A stretch of 64,000 bases of DNA from contig NC_068984.1 of NCBI RefSeq assembly GCF_001194135.2, positions 92,845,891-92,909,890 on the forward strand. The letters are read 5' to 3'. Numbering within the stretch: position 1 is the stretch's first letter; the number at the start of each line of letters is the position of its first letter. The DNA is from Octopus bimaculoides. Taxonomy: Eukaryota. Of the stretch, positions 12,960-26,776 are shown piece by piece. Under the pieces are notes generated by a model. It was not told the origin of the DNA. It searched no databases and saw only the letters and a program-made list of their open reading frames with translations. Position numbers and translations under genes: made by a program.

Positions 12960-13210
12960 ACTGGAGTTTCTGTGAAGTTGTCTTCACAAAGTCTTATTAA
13001 CTCCAGCTTTGTTGCTTTTATACCAGACCTGTTTTCTAACTGTTCCAAGTTTTAATATCGACTTCATAAGAATTATTAACTCCAACTTTGCTGCTTTTAT
13101 ACCAGACCTGTCTTCTGAATATTCCAAGTTATATTGTCGACCTCATAAGAATGGTTAACTCCAGATTTGCTGCTTTTTCACCAGACATGGTTATTGGTTG
13201 TCCCGAGCTG
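12960..13210. repeat. 79-bp minisatellite, ~3 diverged copies
   Basis: Unit ctcca(g/a)ctttg.tgcttttataccagacc...cataagaat..ttaa recurring at 13001, 13080, 13159. Confidence 0.85.
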
Positions 13211-13249
13211 TACATTTTGTACATACCAGAATAAAGAGCGTTTTATGTT

Positions 13250-14640
13250 CGGGTGCTTTCTTGTTCTGATAATTTTGTTTCTTTAAACATTGATGTAAGG
13301 AATTGTGTAGCACCCTTCCAGTGCCAACATAAATTCAAATCTTACAAATTTTTGACAATGACTTCAAGGTTAGTTCTCTTTTGTTTCCTTCTAAAAATTT
13401 TATTAAACTTGCCCATCAATGCATCAGCACAAAAAAAGTGTATAGCTTTTGTATGAAGCCTAAACAGCTAACAGCTTCAACACAGCAAGAAGCAGTAGCA
13501 TATTCAACATGAATCAACAAATGAGCAGCACAAGGAATGAAAACTGTAGCCAAGTTCTTTTTCTTAAATCTGGTTTGCATTCCTCTGCAGTGATTGGATA
13601 TATTACTGGTGCTGTCATAGGACTACCCTGGAGTCTTCAAAATTTATACCTTATTTTCTAAGAAATTCTAACTCAGATGTAGCCACTGTTTCTACTTTAT
13701 GAGAACCAGTCTGAAGGAAATTTGAAAACCTTTCTATCAGCATTCTGGAAACAGTGTATCACACAATAACTGTTAGCTGATCAACATGAGCACAGTCTGA
13801 CAAATACTTGGAAGTTTTAAGTTCTGCTACAATATGATTTATATATTTTACATTTAACAGAATAATTTCTTCATAGATGGTAGTAGAGATAAGTACGACT
13901 GCTTACCATTTCTGGGATTGTCAAACTCTTTCAAGTGACCCCTTAGAAATGGATCAAATTATGCAATAAGTTTTGTAATTCCTTCAAATTCCCATTATGC
14001 TTAGATCCTATGATCTCTTCACTAACCCTAAATGCCAGGCCTCTCTCAGCTAGAAATATTGTCATATCCACAACACAGCATGTTATTTCAGTCCAGTATT
14101 TCTTATTTACCTGCACTTGTTTTTCCAACTCCCTACAAATATGAGAACACTCCTTACACAAAATCTCTGTGACTTTGACTTTGATCATGTTTTTATATTC
14201 TCTTCTGCTATTTTTCCAATAATTAGAGCTATCCTTGTCAGAAAACCTGTCATGGCAGCTTGACATCAAAGTTCAGTAAAAGCAATAAACTGCACTTCTT
14301 GATGGGCTGTACTGGATCCACTTTTTCAAATGCTGATCACCATTGTCACAAATAGTATAAAACATAGAATTTTTAAAATAATGGTAGTGCCCATTCAGTT
14401 TGCTTTCACCTTTGTTTATAACGATGTGAAGATTCTGGCTTCATGGACACATACTTTTCTCTGACAGAAAACTACCTGGTTTGGTCTAGATCCTAAGATG
14501 GCACTTAGCTATCCCTGTCAGTAGGATGCAGTGATTCTTCATCTTCAATATCTTGAGTTGATGTCTTTCTCATATTTTTGCAGATGCACATGGGATTGCA
14601 GCTAGTTTCTCAAAAGAGAAACTGATTTTTTATTAAGTTT
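13250..14640 (-). mobile_element. hAT-family (ZMYM1/DUF4371-like) transposase relic
   Basis: KKYWTEITCCVVDMTIFLAERGLAFR.SEEIIGSKHNGNL is typical of the DUF4371 region of hAT transposases; broken ORF. Confidence 0.7.
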
Positions 14641-15246
14641 AGTTTCTAAGTTTTCCTTTTTTAGAGCAATGAAAAGTTCTGCAAGGTGTTGAGTCTTTGC
14701 CAATACTGTAGCATTTTTTTCACTTCTTTCTTTGGAAATGTTTTTGGAGACAGCTGAATATTCTGTGATATACTGGATATTCTGTGTGAAAATATCCGAA
14801 TAAAAGCAAGGAGAAAATAGACTCAAAAACAAAACAGTAACTGATAATAGCCATGTAAACCCATTTCATTTAATCAAGCCACAGGCATAACCAAAATCAG
14901 ACTGTTTACACATACTCCTGTAATTCTTACATCTGGTGCAGGTAAGTAGGTCTGCAACCAAAGTAAATGAAATGTTAACAGAAAAGGGTTCAAGTGATTA
15001 ACAGCAAACTGAGGATTACAGATTAAGAGTTTTGTTTCCATTTAATTACTTTTCTTCAAAATTACATTTCAGTTTTGTGAGGCTGTAGAAACAAAGTGCC
15101 ATTAAACACTTCAGAAAAATGATAGGTTTGAAAAGGAATTGTGTATTTCATGGATCCCTCTGAACTTCAAACAACCAAGTAGTGATATTTGAGCTTACAA
15201 TTCTGACAATGATGAAAATATAGAAAAAGAAAAAAGAGGAGAGATT

Positions 15247-15312
15247 AGGTTAAATGGAAAACAAAAATTTGAACAAGTCAGGTTAAATGGAAAACAAAAA
15301 TTTGAACAAGTC
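15247..15312. repeat. Perfect 33-bp tandem duplication
   Basis: aggttaaatggaaaacaaaaatttgaacaagtc x2. Confidence 0.95.
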
Positions 15313-16171
15313 ATATTCCACAGTAATGTTATATGAAACAGAAAATTATATAATTAAAACATTACAATTTCAGAAGCCAAACAGTCTTACCTATTTTTGG
15401 TAAATATGACCAATGTACCAAATGACTACCAACTACCAAATGAACAGAATAATAACTTTAGAGAGCAGCAATGTGTGTCAGTGCATGTTTGTTTGTGTAT
15501 GCATGCCTGTGCATGTGTATGTTTCAATTGCAAGTACAAAAGCCTGAAATTGATGGGTCATCGTAGGGTCAAACAACATTCATTCATCCATCTATCTATC
15601 TGTGTGCTAGTTGTAGTGTTCTCACCTTAAGTTTGAGGAAGGGATTTTTCTTGTGGAGTTGATTGTAACGTGCTTTCTCCACCACAAGGCAAAAAGCTTT
15701 GAGGTGGTTAGTATTCCCACACACTAGACATTTAGGATTTTTCCCTCTATAAACACTGACATCTGCTTGCATTCCCAGAAACAGAGAATTTTCAGGAATG
15801 TGATTTATTTCTTCTGGAGAAGTTTATATCTGGAATTCCATAAGAATTTCAGTCCTGTTCAGTTGTGAGGTGGACTTTATGTCCACAATCTCCTCCAGAA
15901 TGGCTAAGACTCTTGCCTGATTTCAAGTCTACCTTTTACCCATATAATGGGGAATAATTATAAAGTTTGGAATATCCAAGTGATTGTAGCCATTCTTCTG
16001 GCTTCTTGCTCACTGCTGTATATAGCAGTTAACAACTCATATGGTTTTCCTTTATATATGTATAACACAAAGGGCCACACATCTTGAAGGCATTTTCCTG
16101 TGTTTGCCAGAGTAGGAAATATAAGTTTTCCCTCCTTGTGAGAAGCACATTTACACAATGGTTTTGCATAT

Positions 16172-16330
16172 GCAGGCTGCGTGGTTAGGAAGCTTGCTTC
16201 TCAACTACATGGCTTCTGGTACAGTTCCACTGCATGGTACCTTGCACAAGTGTTTTCTGCTATAGCCTCAGGCTGACCAAAGCCGTTTGGCTGAATTTGG
16301 TGGAAGTTCCTGTCGTGTGTGTATATGTGT
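16172..16330 (+). mobile_element. SINE family A, diverged 5' half
   Basis: ggaagcttgcttctcaactacatgg...gtgttttctgctatagcctcaggctgaccaaagcc aligns to 55596-55760. Confidence 0.75.
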
Positions 16331-18469
16331 GTAAAAGTGCTCGTGCTTCCTAAGAGAGAGGAGAGAAAATTAGTTTTTTCCATCTCACTAAGGGACATAA
16401 CACCTGGTTTTACACCATTTTTGTACTGGAGGACTTTACTTTTCAGATCTTGCACTGAATCCATAATCCACTGGCTAACTGCCCTTGAAAAAAATAAAGA
16501 GTTATTATCATGGGTTTTTTATGTTGTTATTGTTGCTGCTGTTGTTTTTCATACAGTTTTTGTTGTTATTACTACTGCTACCATTGATGACTGCATTCTT
16601 GTTTTCACTATTGTTGTTTCTGTTGCTGGTGCGATGGCTCTTGTACACATTATCATTACTGTTGTTGCTGTTGTTACTATCATTGCTGTTACTTGTATCT
16701 TTGCAGGTCATAGAAACAAGATGAAATTCCATTGCTTTGTGCCAATAAGTTTATTTTAATTCAGACCTTTCTGCCATTGGTGTAATTTTCAAATTGGAAA
16801 AATATACATAATATTTGTTTCCACACAAATGTAAAATAAATATCTCTGAGTTACACTCACAAAAGGAAAAACATTCCCTTCAGAATACCCTATCTAGATA
16901 TGATCTTGATGACCTTATGCAGTTTGACCAGGTCCACATTGGCATGTCAGGGAAATCCAGTGGATACCTGTCAGACAGTTGGAATCATCTGAACAGTTTT
17001 GCAATGTTTTTGCACTCTCCACCCTTGTCTGCTAAATCCACACAATTCCAGCATGTATCTAAGATTCCAATCCAGTCTCTCATTAACGCTAGAGAATGAG
17101 ATACTCCCAGAAAAGTTTTCAGATGCCTGAAGAAATCTGGTTTCCATATTATGGAGATAAGAAGTAAAACTTACTTGGTTTGTGTGAAGGGGCAATTTGT
17201 CTAGCTCTCTGGTTTGATTGGGGTGTTTCCACCAACAGACCACCACATATTTGCTTGGTGATGTTCCTTCAAAAGTCACTGATTTCCTGTGGGAATTTAG
17301 CTTTTAGGTTTGTATATGTGTCTTGTATTGTTCAAATGATTTGTATGTGTTGTAGGTAGCAAGATGGTGGGTGTTGTAAAATTTGTTTGTGTTATGCTGG
17401 TGTGAGTTTTTTTGTAATTCATGAAATTTTATAATGTAGTTTGTAATGCTACTTTCTTTACTTTGTGTTTGTGTTTGTTGTTGTTGTTGTGTATTTGGGA
17501 TGAGTTGTGTTTGTAATGTTGGTGGTTGTGGTGGTGTTTTAAGTGTTTGTGGCAGTAGTGTGGATGTAGTGCTTGTTTCATGTGTTTTTTGCCTTGCAGC
17601 TTTTATTTGTTTTCCTCTCCACTTTTTGTGGATTTGAGAGATGGGGATGTGGATTTATACCAGGTGTTGAGAGGCTAAATTGTGATAGATAAATAAGCAC
17701 AGGTACATTACTAAAGAGGAGATGCATGACAATACCATGTTATATAAAGGTGGGTAGGAGTAACTGGAAAAAGGAAAAAGATGGTGGTAACAAGGCACTA
17801 GAGAATACTTTCAATATACAAGAAGGTGAGTAGAAAAGAGAATATAGACAGAGAGTAACAAATGGTTATGAATGGTAGTAGAAGTAAATATAATGATTGA
17901 TGAACAAAAGTGGAAGTGTAATTGATGGAAAATATCAGTATGGAAGTGGAAAGAGATGACAAGCAGAGCCAGTAGATAGATAAGAAAGTAGGGAGATGAT
18001 ATGATGGTTGTAAGAGTGAAGGTGAGATATACTGTGATAGACATGGAGATCAGGGGTGCATAAGGGTAACTTTAGTGAAAGGGAATGACAGTGTGGGGGA
18101 AGGAACACTGATGAAAAATAGCAAAGAGTATTGAGAATGATAGCAGATATGAAAGATAACTGAAGCACAGAAACGAGGTGATCAGTGGAAAATAGTGTAA
18201 AAAGAGATGATATGAGAATGAAGGATGAATGTGAAAAGGAAGTGGTTCGAGAGAGAAAAGGAGGTACATGATTGTGATAAAAATAGAATATGCCAATTCT
18301 GCTCTCAAGAGATCAGAGCATCAGAGTAGTGCTATAGTTAGAAGACTGATGGATGGATGGGAGCTTGGAGGATGAGATGTAATTTTTCATGTGATATATT
18401 AGGTGTGAGGGTGGGGCTCAGCATGTACAGATATAGACAATATGCTTTTAGGACCTCATTTTCACTGAT

Positions 18470-19770
18470 AGATGAATTTTCTTGAGCACAGTGAATCACC
18501 AATCATCTCAGTCCTTTGTCATCTCTTCCAAGAGGCTCAACATATTGAGATCAGCCTTCATTACTTCATCCTATATCTTCCTGGGTCACCATCTTCCACA
18601 AGTTTCATCCACTTTAAGTGACTGGCACTTCTTTATATAGCTGTCCTCATCGACATCCAGCAAATGACCAAACCAGTACAATTTTCTCTCTTACACACTA
18701 TATCTGATTCATCTCATACCTAATTTTTCTTTAACACTTTCGCATTTTGTCATACATACACACTAATGTTGCATATATAATGGAGTATACTAGTTTCATT
18801 TCTCTCTAGCCATTGCATGTCCTCTGTATTCAGGGTCCACATCTCATTACCATGTAGTAGTGTTGTTTGTAACCAAGCATCATACAATCTGCCTTTCACT
18901 CTGAGAGTGTCTATTATTACTACTTTTAGGGATCCCTTCTGATGTTTGTGTCTATTTTTTGTACATTCCTGGTGTTTAATGTACCTGTACATCTGCTACA
19001 TGTAAAGACTACTTTCTCTGTTAATCTTCCAGTAATACTGCTACACCACTTATATGTCCATAGCTTGCACTGGGTACACTGTATGGAGTTTCTCCCAATA
19101 CCTTTTCTACATATTGAGCTGTGACTTGTCTATTTTCCTACTTATTAGGACTTTGGTCTTTGCTAAATTAAATCTAAGGTCCTTTGATTCCGGACCTTGC
19201 TTCCATACCTGAAATTTCTTCTCTAGTTCTGGTAGTGATTCAACAATAAGAACAAGGTCATCAGTGTAGAGAAGCTCCCAGGAGCAGCCAGTCTTAAATT
19301 CCTGGAGGATTATGATAAACCAATCCCTGGTGGACTCCTACTTGTACACTAAATTCCTTGCTATACTCATTGCTGACCTTCACTTTATTGGCAGCATCCC
19401 TGTACATGACCTTTACAGCTCTCATTGATCACTCATCTATCCCTAGCTTCTGCATTGCCTACCAGAAAAGGGAGCAGGAGGCCCTGTCAAAAGCTTTCTC
19501 CATGTCAACAAAAGCCAAATACAGAGGTTTATTTTTGGCCAAGTACTTCTCCTGAAATTGCCTCACCAGAAATATAGCATCAGTGGTGCTTCTACCTGGC
19601 ACAAATTCAAACTCATTTTATCTAGGTTAATTCTCCTTTATTAATTGAACTATGACTCTTTCTGTAACTTTCATCACCTGATCCAGCCTCTGTAATTATC
19701 ACCTTTACTTTTGTAGCAGTTGACTATAATGTTGCTACACCAGTCATTGGGCATGACTTCCGTCCCGCAC
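18470..19770 (-). mobile_element. RTE-clade LINE, 5'-truncated, same family as 2545-5230
   Basis: Shares long sequence blocks with 3130-4100 (e.g. gcatcatacaatctgcctttcact, ctttggtctttgctaaattaa, aaaagccaaatacagagg). Confidence 0.85.
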
Positions 19771-20299
19771 AGCCTGCATTACCTTTTGATGGTACGGCAC
19801 ATTATGTATTTGGATATGTGACAGTGTACATATGTACTTGTGTATGAGTGAATAGATATGTGTGTGCATATATGAGTATGCATGCATAGGTATGAATTTA
19901 TACAGGTGAGTCATGGTCTCTGCAACCCATCTAAGAAAGTTGTGATTCTGAATAAAAACTGATACAATGTAAAAGGGACACTAGTTTTAATAGACACCTA
20001 ATGGTTGTAGGAAGGGCATCAAGTCTGTAAAACATGCAAAGCTCTAATTCAATGAAAATCCTTAACTGCATATTCAGGGTTAACACCCAGCATGCTAATG
20101 CTGTGTATGGTAATGGAGAGGTCAGGAGAAAACATCTGGCCATGTGCAAGAACCCCTTGAATGTCATCAAGTGATTATACATTTCCTTTCAAGTGCAAAA
20201 AAGAGACCACAAGCATCAGCCCTCCTACCACAGGTTATTCTCTTAGGTGAAAATTTGGGATGCAACTATTAATGATAGTACAGTGAAAGGTAGATCTAG

Positions 20300-20700
20300 T
20301 GAGATTGTAGAGATGTTAGAGCAGAGGCAGAGGATGATGATTTCAAAGGGTATGTGGGCCAGTACCAAGATGGCTACTTAAAAGTACATGACAACTGGTT
20401 TCTTGAGCTCTGTGAAATAAACTATCTGCAATATAAATTTCAGGAAACCAATGAGCCAACTGATACCTTTGAATCAGGTGAATATGCAGGTCAGATAGAC
20501 TTCATTCTCTCTAGAAAATGAGATGGGCTGATGATTGTAAATACCAAGTATTTCCTTGTGAAGAATATACCACCTAACATAGATTAGGGATTAATGATTT
20601 TAGAATAAAATTTAGATGGGCAGAAAGACAAGGGACAATCCAGGGAAAGAAGATGGGGAAACTGAAAGATTGTCCTCATATGGTCAGGCAAAGAACAATC
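20300..20700 (+). mobile_element. RTE endonuclease-region fragment
   Basis: Loosely similar to the reverse complement of 4850-5200 (caggtcagatagacttcattctc, cctaacatagattagggattaatgattttaga). Confidence 0.45.
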
Positions 20701-20735
20701 AGGTGATGGCATTACTTGAAATCAAGCTGCAACTA

Positions 20736-20810
<75 letters not shown>

Positions 20811-20871
20811 NNNNNNNNNNNNNNNNNNNNNNNNNNNNNNNNNNNNNNNNNNNNNNNNNNNNNNNNNTTTA

Positions 20872-21044
20872 GGTGCAGGAGTGGCTGTGTGGTAAGTAGC
20901 TTGCTTACCAACCACATGGTTCCAGGTTCGTTCCCACTGTGTGGCAACTTCGGCAAGTGTCTTCTTCTGTAGCCTCGGGCCGACCAAAGCCTTTTGAGTG
21001 GATTTGGTAGACGGAAACTGAAAGAAGCCCGTCGTATATATGTG

Positions 21045-21077
<33 letters not shown>

Positions 21078-21145
21078 CTGTGTTTGTTCCCCCAACATCG
21101 CTTAACAACCGATGCTGGTGTATTTATGTCCCCGTAACTTAGCAA
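20872..21145 (+). mobile_element. SINE family A (3'-truncated)
   Basis: ggagtggctgtgtggtaagtagcttgcttacc...gtccccgtaacttagc, closely matching 55596-55870. Confidence 0.9.
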
Positions 21146-21479
21146 AAAAATACTATATATAATAAATACCTCATGGAAGATGTTATTTTAGTCATTTAAG
21201 AACACACAAAAACTGTTATGTTCATTTTTTGTTATTTCAAAATGGTACAGTCTGTATTGAAGTTACAAAAGGTTTAATTTGGCCACTGATACATTTGTGT
21301 CAGTGATCAGAAGTGTGATGAAACTATTTTATTTCAAAATCATTTAGAAACTATTTTGAGGGCTTCTCCTTTTAAGTAAAGGGCAGATTGTATCATTGTG
21401 TAGTGCTATATAGTAGTGAGGACTTGATCTTAAACAGAGAGGATTTGCAAAATCGATAAAAAATATGAGGTGAGCATCC

Positions 21480-21800
21480 TTTGCTAGATGTGTAATGTCA
21501 ATGTGCATGAACAATACAGCATAAATAACATGAGAGTAAAGTCATGTATAAGGAATCATATGAAGTTTGCAAGAACACTGTATTGGTGTGGGCATGTGGT
21601 GTATATACGATAACAAATGGCAATTGCATAAAATAGGTTGAATACTCAAAGTGGATGGTGCCAGTGGAAGAGGAAGACCTAGAATGACATGGTACAAAGT
21701 GATGAAAACTAATTTCAAGATTCTGAACTTCACAGAAAAGACAACAGTCTATGACATTTAGTGAAATGGTGAACTGGAGAAAACCTGCTCTCTCAAGCAA
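21480..21800 (+). mobile_element. RTE LINE 3' fragment
   Basis: Encodes LKVDGASGRGRPRMTWYKV, a typical RTE ORF C-terminus. Confidence 0.65.
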
Positions 21801-24229
21801 CCATGGTAGAGAGAATGCTAACAAGGGGAATGTTGGTGGTTGGAATGCTCTTGTTGCATTTACTCACTGCTACCCTTGCTTCTCTGTTTCTCACTGGTTG
21901 CTTCCCACAACCTCTCAGCCTTGGGTGCTTTCACTGCATTCATTTGTTGCTCTTCCTCTTCACATCTATGGTACTCTCCAGCCTCTTTTTCTCCCAGTGC
22001 TTTTCTTCTTTCAATGTCCCCATCTCATAACTTTTCTGCTACCTCAGCACTTACTCATTTATTTATTTCTAGTCAACCCTCTCACAAATTCCCTTGCATT
22101 TCTTTTTCCTTTAATAACCCTTTCCCCAAAGCTTTTCTTATTTCGTTTTCTTTCATGTTCCCCACGTCCTCATATTTACCCTTACAATGTAGGATAATGC
22201 TAGGCACCCTACACAACAGACCTCATCACTCTTACTATTCCATACTTCTCATTCTCACTGACCCTAAATACTAATTTCTTTCGTTTTCTCCAGTCTCTTT
22301 CATGCCTGTTACTCTTACCTCTATCACTTCTCACAACAATAAATTTATTCCTCTTATCACCTCACCTAAAGTCAACAATCTCTCTTCTATTCTCCTTTTA
22401 GTGTTACAAGCTACAAAGTGAACTCACTAGTGTTAGTACATATAAAAAGACCCCAGTAAGGTCTGTAAAGTGGTTGGCATTAAGAAAGGGCATCCAGTCA
22501 TAAAAACCATCCAAAAAATCAGCCCTCCAGTTGGTCAGAGATTGTTAAACTGTCTAATTCCTGCCAGTATGGAAAGTGGACATAAAATGAAGATGATTGT
22601 ATGTATGTGTGTGTGTGTGTATGTGTGCACCCCCCCCCTCCCACATATACATATATTTAGAGTAAAAATAGAAAAGCATAAATTTCAGGCAAAGTTCATA
22701 TTGTAATTGAGTTCTCCAGTTGTTTCATTAGAATAAGCATCATTAAATGTATAATTAAATAATTGTGATACATAATTAATTCATTTAAATTANNNNNNNN
22801 NNNNNNNNNNNNNNNNNNNNNNNNNNNNNNNNNNNNNNNNNNNNNNNNNNNNNNNNNNNNNNNNNNNNNNNNNNNNNNNNNNNNNNNNNNNNNNNNNNNN
22901 NNNNNNNNNNNNNNNNNNNNNNNNNNNNNNNNNNNNNNNNNNNNNNNNNNNNNNNNNNNNNATTTCTGTAATTTCAACCAATCACTGACGTCCATTCAGC
23001 CGATATACATTAAGTGCCGACTACATAAACAAACGGTTAGGGTTAGGGTAAAACAGCAAATTTAAAAAGAAAAAAGCAAATAAAACGAAGAAAAAAAAAA
23101 GAAAATGAAAAAAGCAAATTTAAAATGAAAAAAGAAGTTATGGAGATTAAATACACTTTACTTGGCTTAATCAGCCAAAGGAGTAAATGTAAACAACTGA
23201 ATATTTGTCAGTGATTGGTTGAAATTATCGAAATAAGACAATTTTTTACATGAAATAAATTCGAATACAAAAATATTTTTCTGTTCTATAACACAAAATA
23301 GATAAGTATACGAAGTTTGAAAGTCTTTCGGTACCAAAAACACTACGTAAAACATTATGAAAAATGTGGCCCTTGTTTTAAAAAAGATCCGAAAATTGTT
23401 ACTCAGTAATAGTGGTTTTCTGATTAACATCCCATAATATTCCTGATGATTTTTGGTAAACACAGCCTTTAACCTTAATTACTTAATTTTGTATTGTAAT
23501 AAATAATTATAAATACTTCGTTTTTGAATTTGGTTAGGAAGATTCTTGATGTAAATTCATATGTTGAAACAAATCTTGTGTATTGAGAGGGTCAATAATA
23601 ATAATAATAATACAAGTACTGGTTCAATATTCTTTATTTTTAGTCAGTTGGTTAAATATGTAACCAACTAATATTTGTTTAATGTACTGGTTAAGCAATC
23701 AGTTGTTTGTTAGTCAAAATTCATTCATTGCTGTTTGCCTTCTCAATGACTTACCTTTCTTTCCAAGGTCTGCTCTGAGTCAGTCCAAGAATTTGTCTTA
23801 AGCCTGTGTGCATGTATATTTGTATGTGTGAATGTAGATGTATATTTGCTTAAGGGAGGAGGTAAGAGTGAGAGTAAATGGAAACAATGAAAACGATGAA
23901 AACAATAATAACAACAGCACTCTAAACTCTTTTCTATAATCCCAATGATGCCTCATGAGATGACAAGGATTTACCCCCAAAACTTACCATTCAACAAAAG
24001 AGTATGCATCCCACCACACATAGATGGTAAGACAGAGGCAAAAATGTCTATGTGAGCACTGAAGACCTCCTTAGTAGTGTCAATGAGTGTAATTGCTCCA
24101 ATGACCTTGCAGGTTGTGGATAAACAAATCAACAAACATAGGCGGGTATTTCAGCTTTTCCAGTGTTTACACAATATATTTCATAAGATCGACGAAAACT
24201 TGGTATAGAAGAAGTCTCTGTTCAATGCA

Positions 24230-24735
24230 TTTCTCTTACAACTGTTTGATGCTAAAGATCATGTTGGTGGTACCTCTATCACAATGAAACTCTGGAACAA
24301 TGATGGAACATATGTATGTCAGCAGCCAATTCAGTAAATGTTTTGAGAAATATCTTACCAACAGTAAGGAAATACCATGAAAATACCATAGCTGGACTTG
24401 GCACCATTTTCCTTGTAAAATGAAATCAGTATAGCAACTCTCTCCAATTCTGTGAACAATTCCATACGTGGACAATTAGTGTAGTCACAAGCAACTACAT
24501 CCCCATCCTGCTTAATAACTTCAACTGGTATACCATCAGTTCTGGGAGCAGGGTGGAGGCAAGGGTAATCTCTGAGCTGATCTGTTTAGTGGCAATTTTG
24601 ACTTCAATGTTAAGATTAGTAACCATTTCTTCAATAATATGGTGCTGCAGTAGACATACTATGATTTTCTTATCTATTCTGGGTGGGTTGTTATAAAGGT
24701 CTGTGAAATGCTCTATCCATCTCTTCAGCACTATT
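24230..24735 (-). mobile_element. Degenerate RTE-like RT fragment
   Basis: LKRWIEHFTDLYNNPP...IEVKIATKQI...LPEL; adjacent region resembles KGxxxxCxNYxGISLL. Confidence 0.55.
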
Positions 24736-25704
24736 GGTTAAAGTTAAATCTTTGGAATAGAAAAGAGCAATTTTTGGTGGGTAAGGACAAAATATGTGTT
24801 TTAATGAGCTGAGTATTGTTTTGAAATCTTTGTCATTTGAATATCTACAGATGCATTCTTCATTGACCTCAGTTCTCTCTGTAAAGTTGGTTTGTGGGAC
24901 TTAAAATAATTCCTCTATCTTCAAATATTTGATGGGAAGAGGCTCAGATATTTCTGCATTATTTTCATTTTACCAATCTTTATGTTTGCATTTCACAAAA
25001 CCCAAAATATGAATAGTAGTGGTACAAATGTTTTTTCTATTTTTTTAAAAGTCTAACTGTGAGCCGTCAGGAAATGAATTTGCTAGAATTTCATTTAAAA
25101 ATAAATATTTGCGAGATCTCAGAGTTTGTCAACATTCAACTATTTCAAAACTTTTTTCCAAACTTTTTCCAACAAACAGCTTTAGCCATGCTCATAAAAG
25201 GTAGCGAGGCATCCAACATGTAGCCACATGCAAAAGTAATGCTACGGAGATTACAAATGTCATGTTTACATATGACAAAGTCAATAAGATGACCCTGTTT
25301 CTACCAAGGATGTGTCTAAGTAACTTTATGTTTGGAGTCTTGGTGGAATAGTGTATTACCTATCAAAAGCCCCAGTTCAGAATAAAGCTTTTTACCTATG
25401 CTGAAGTATCCCAAGTTAGACTATGTATTACAGTCATAACCAACTATGACATTGAAGTCACCAGATAAAATGACTTGTTAGTAGTTAGTGTGGAAAGAAT
25501 GACATTTCTAAGATTCTCATAGAAAAGAGTTAGAGTTTCTTCCATTGAGTGAAGAATTGGTGCATACACAGAGGAGAAAGTCACATGGTCCCCACAAGAC
25601 ACTACTGCAATATTCAGATAAATTGTTCATTTTTTTTTAGCAGTAATTTCTATTTAATAAGTATGGCTTCAACTCATTGAAGTGGTATCTAATCATCTTT
25701 TTTC

Positions 25705-25990
25705 TTTTACTTGTTTCAGTCATTAGACTGTGGCCTTGCTGGGGCACTGCCTTAAAGAATTTTTAGTCGAATGAATCAACCGCTGTACTTAATTTTTTAA
25801 GCCTGATACTTATTGTATCAGTCTCAATTGCCAAACTGTTAAGTTATGGGGATGTAAACACACCAACACACCAATACTGGCTGTCAAGTAGTGGTGGGAA
25901 ACAGACACACACACACACACACGCGCACACACACACACACACACTCATATATATGACAGGCTTCTTTCAGTTTCTGTTTACCAAAATTCA
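25705..25990 (-). mobile_element. SINE family A, 5'-truncated
   Basis: ttttacttgtttcagtcatt...cttctttcagtttctgtttacc is the reverse complement of the family A 3' half. Confidence 0.8.
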
Positions 25991-26397
25991 CTCATGAATT
26001 GCAAGAAATGAATATATGAATGAAACCAAAATTTTTTGTTTGAAAAATAAACATATGTAAATAAAAACATTACAACTTACTTTCCTCACTTAGTATGATG
26101 ATGAGTCCCACAAGTCATCAAGTGATCGAGGAACCACAGAAAACCATCTTCATATAGTATCTAGTGCAGAACCTATTTCTCTCCAAGTTAATGAAACATT
26201 CATCAATTTTTCAGTACTACATACAGCAAGATTTTCATACCGCTTAGTACCTATTTTCAGCCAGATGGACTGAACTGTTTTGGGAGTCAAGTGATTTGAT
26301 CAAATATAGTGCACAGTAAGCTGGTAGTCTAACATTCTAGCAACTTGGACTTTCAAACACTACTGATTATGATGCACAGAAATTGATAATGTCTTAC

Positions 26398-26520
26398 TCT
26401 ATGATACCATGGCATATTAACGAAATGCAACAATGGCATTCCTTCATCACTCATAGCAGCCAACCAACCACATGATCCATAATATTTTGGGAAAGCCCAG
26501 CCATTGGAAGATGGGAACAT
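26398..26520 (-). CDS. DIPK2A: DIPK2A-like coding exon 2 (41 codons; not in ORF track)
   Basis: Manual translation MFPSSNGWAFPKYYGSCGWLAAMSDEGMPLLHFVNMPWYHR, resembling the family GWPFxKYLGACGR...PW motif; acceptor tttcag at 26526-26521, donor AGA|GTAAGA; phase 0/0. Confidence 0.93.
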
Positions 26521-26776
26521 CTGAAATGAAATTTAAAAAACTGTTATAATGTAATTGATATGAAATTGAGAGGGATCTGATTAGTATTCATTAAATAGCC
26601 TAAACAGAGAACTAGAAAACAAAATCTTGTAGATGAAATCTATGGAAGGTGTAACAACAACAAAACACTCATATACAAGTTTTAGATTATTATTTTTTAT
26701 TATCACTAGCAGAATATTTGGTATTGCCCATGCTAGACAGTAGGTATAAAATGGTTGAGAACTCTTAATGAAAGTA

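Noticed and set aside
12960-13210. CRISPR-like or coding repeat array
   Set aside because: Contiguous diverged units without unique spacers; period 79 breaks frame; eukaryotic context.
15958-16158. Candidate for the missing DIPK2A exon (VWPFVLY)
   Set aside because: Only a chance WPF match; the exon at 26398-26520 fits both motif and phase.
16485-16759. Hydrophobic/Asn-rich ORFs on both strands
   Set aside because: Products of TGT/TAT trinucleotide low complexity; no splice or homology support.
16790-17290. ~100-aa ORFs on both strands
   Set aside because: No recognisable motif; probably decayed repeat sequence.
26705-26735. Helitron-like 3' end (…CTAG|T on minus)
   Set aside because: Hairpin is degenerate and no associated body was found.
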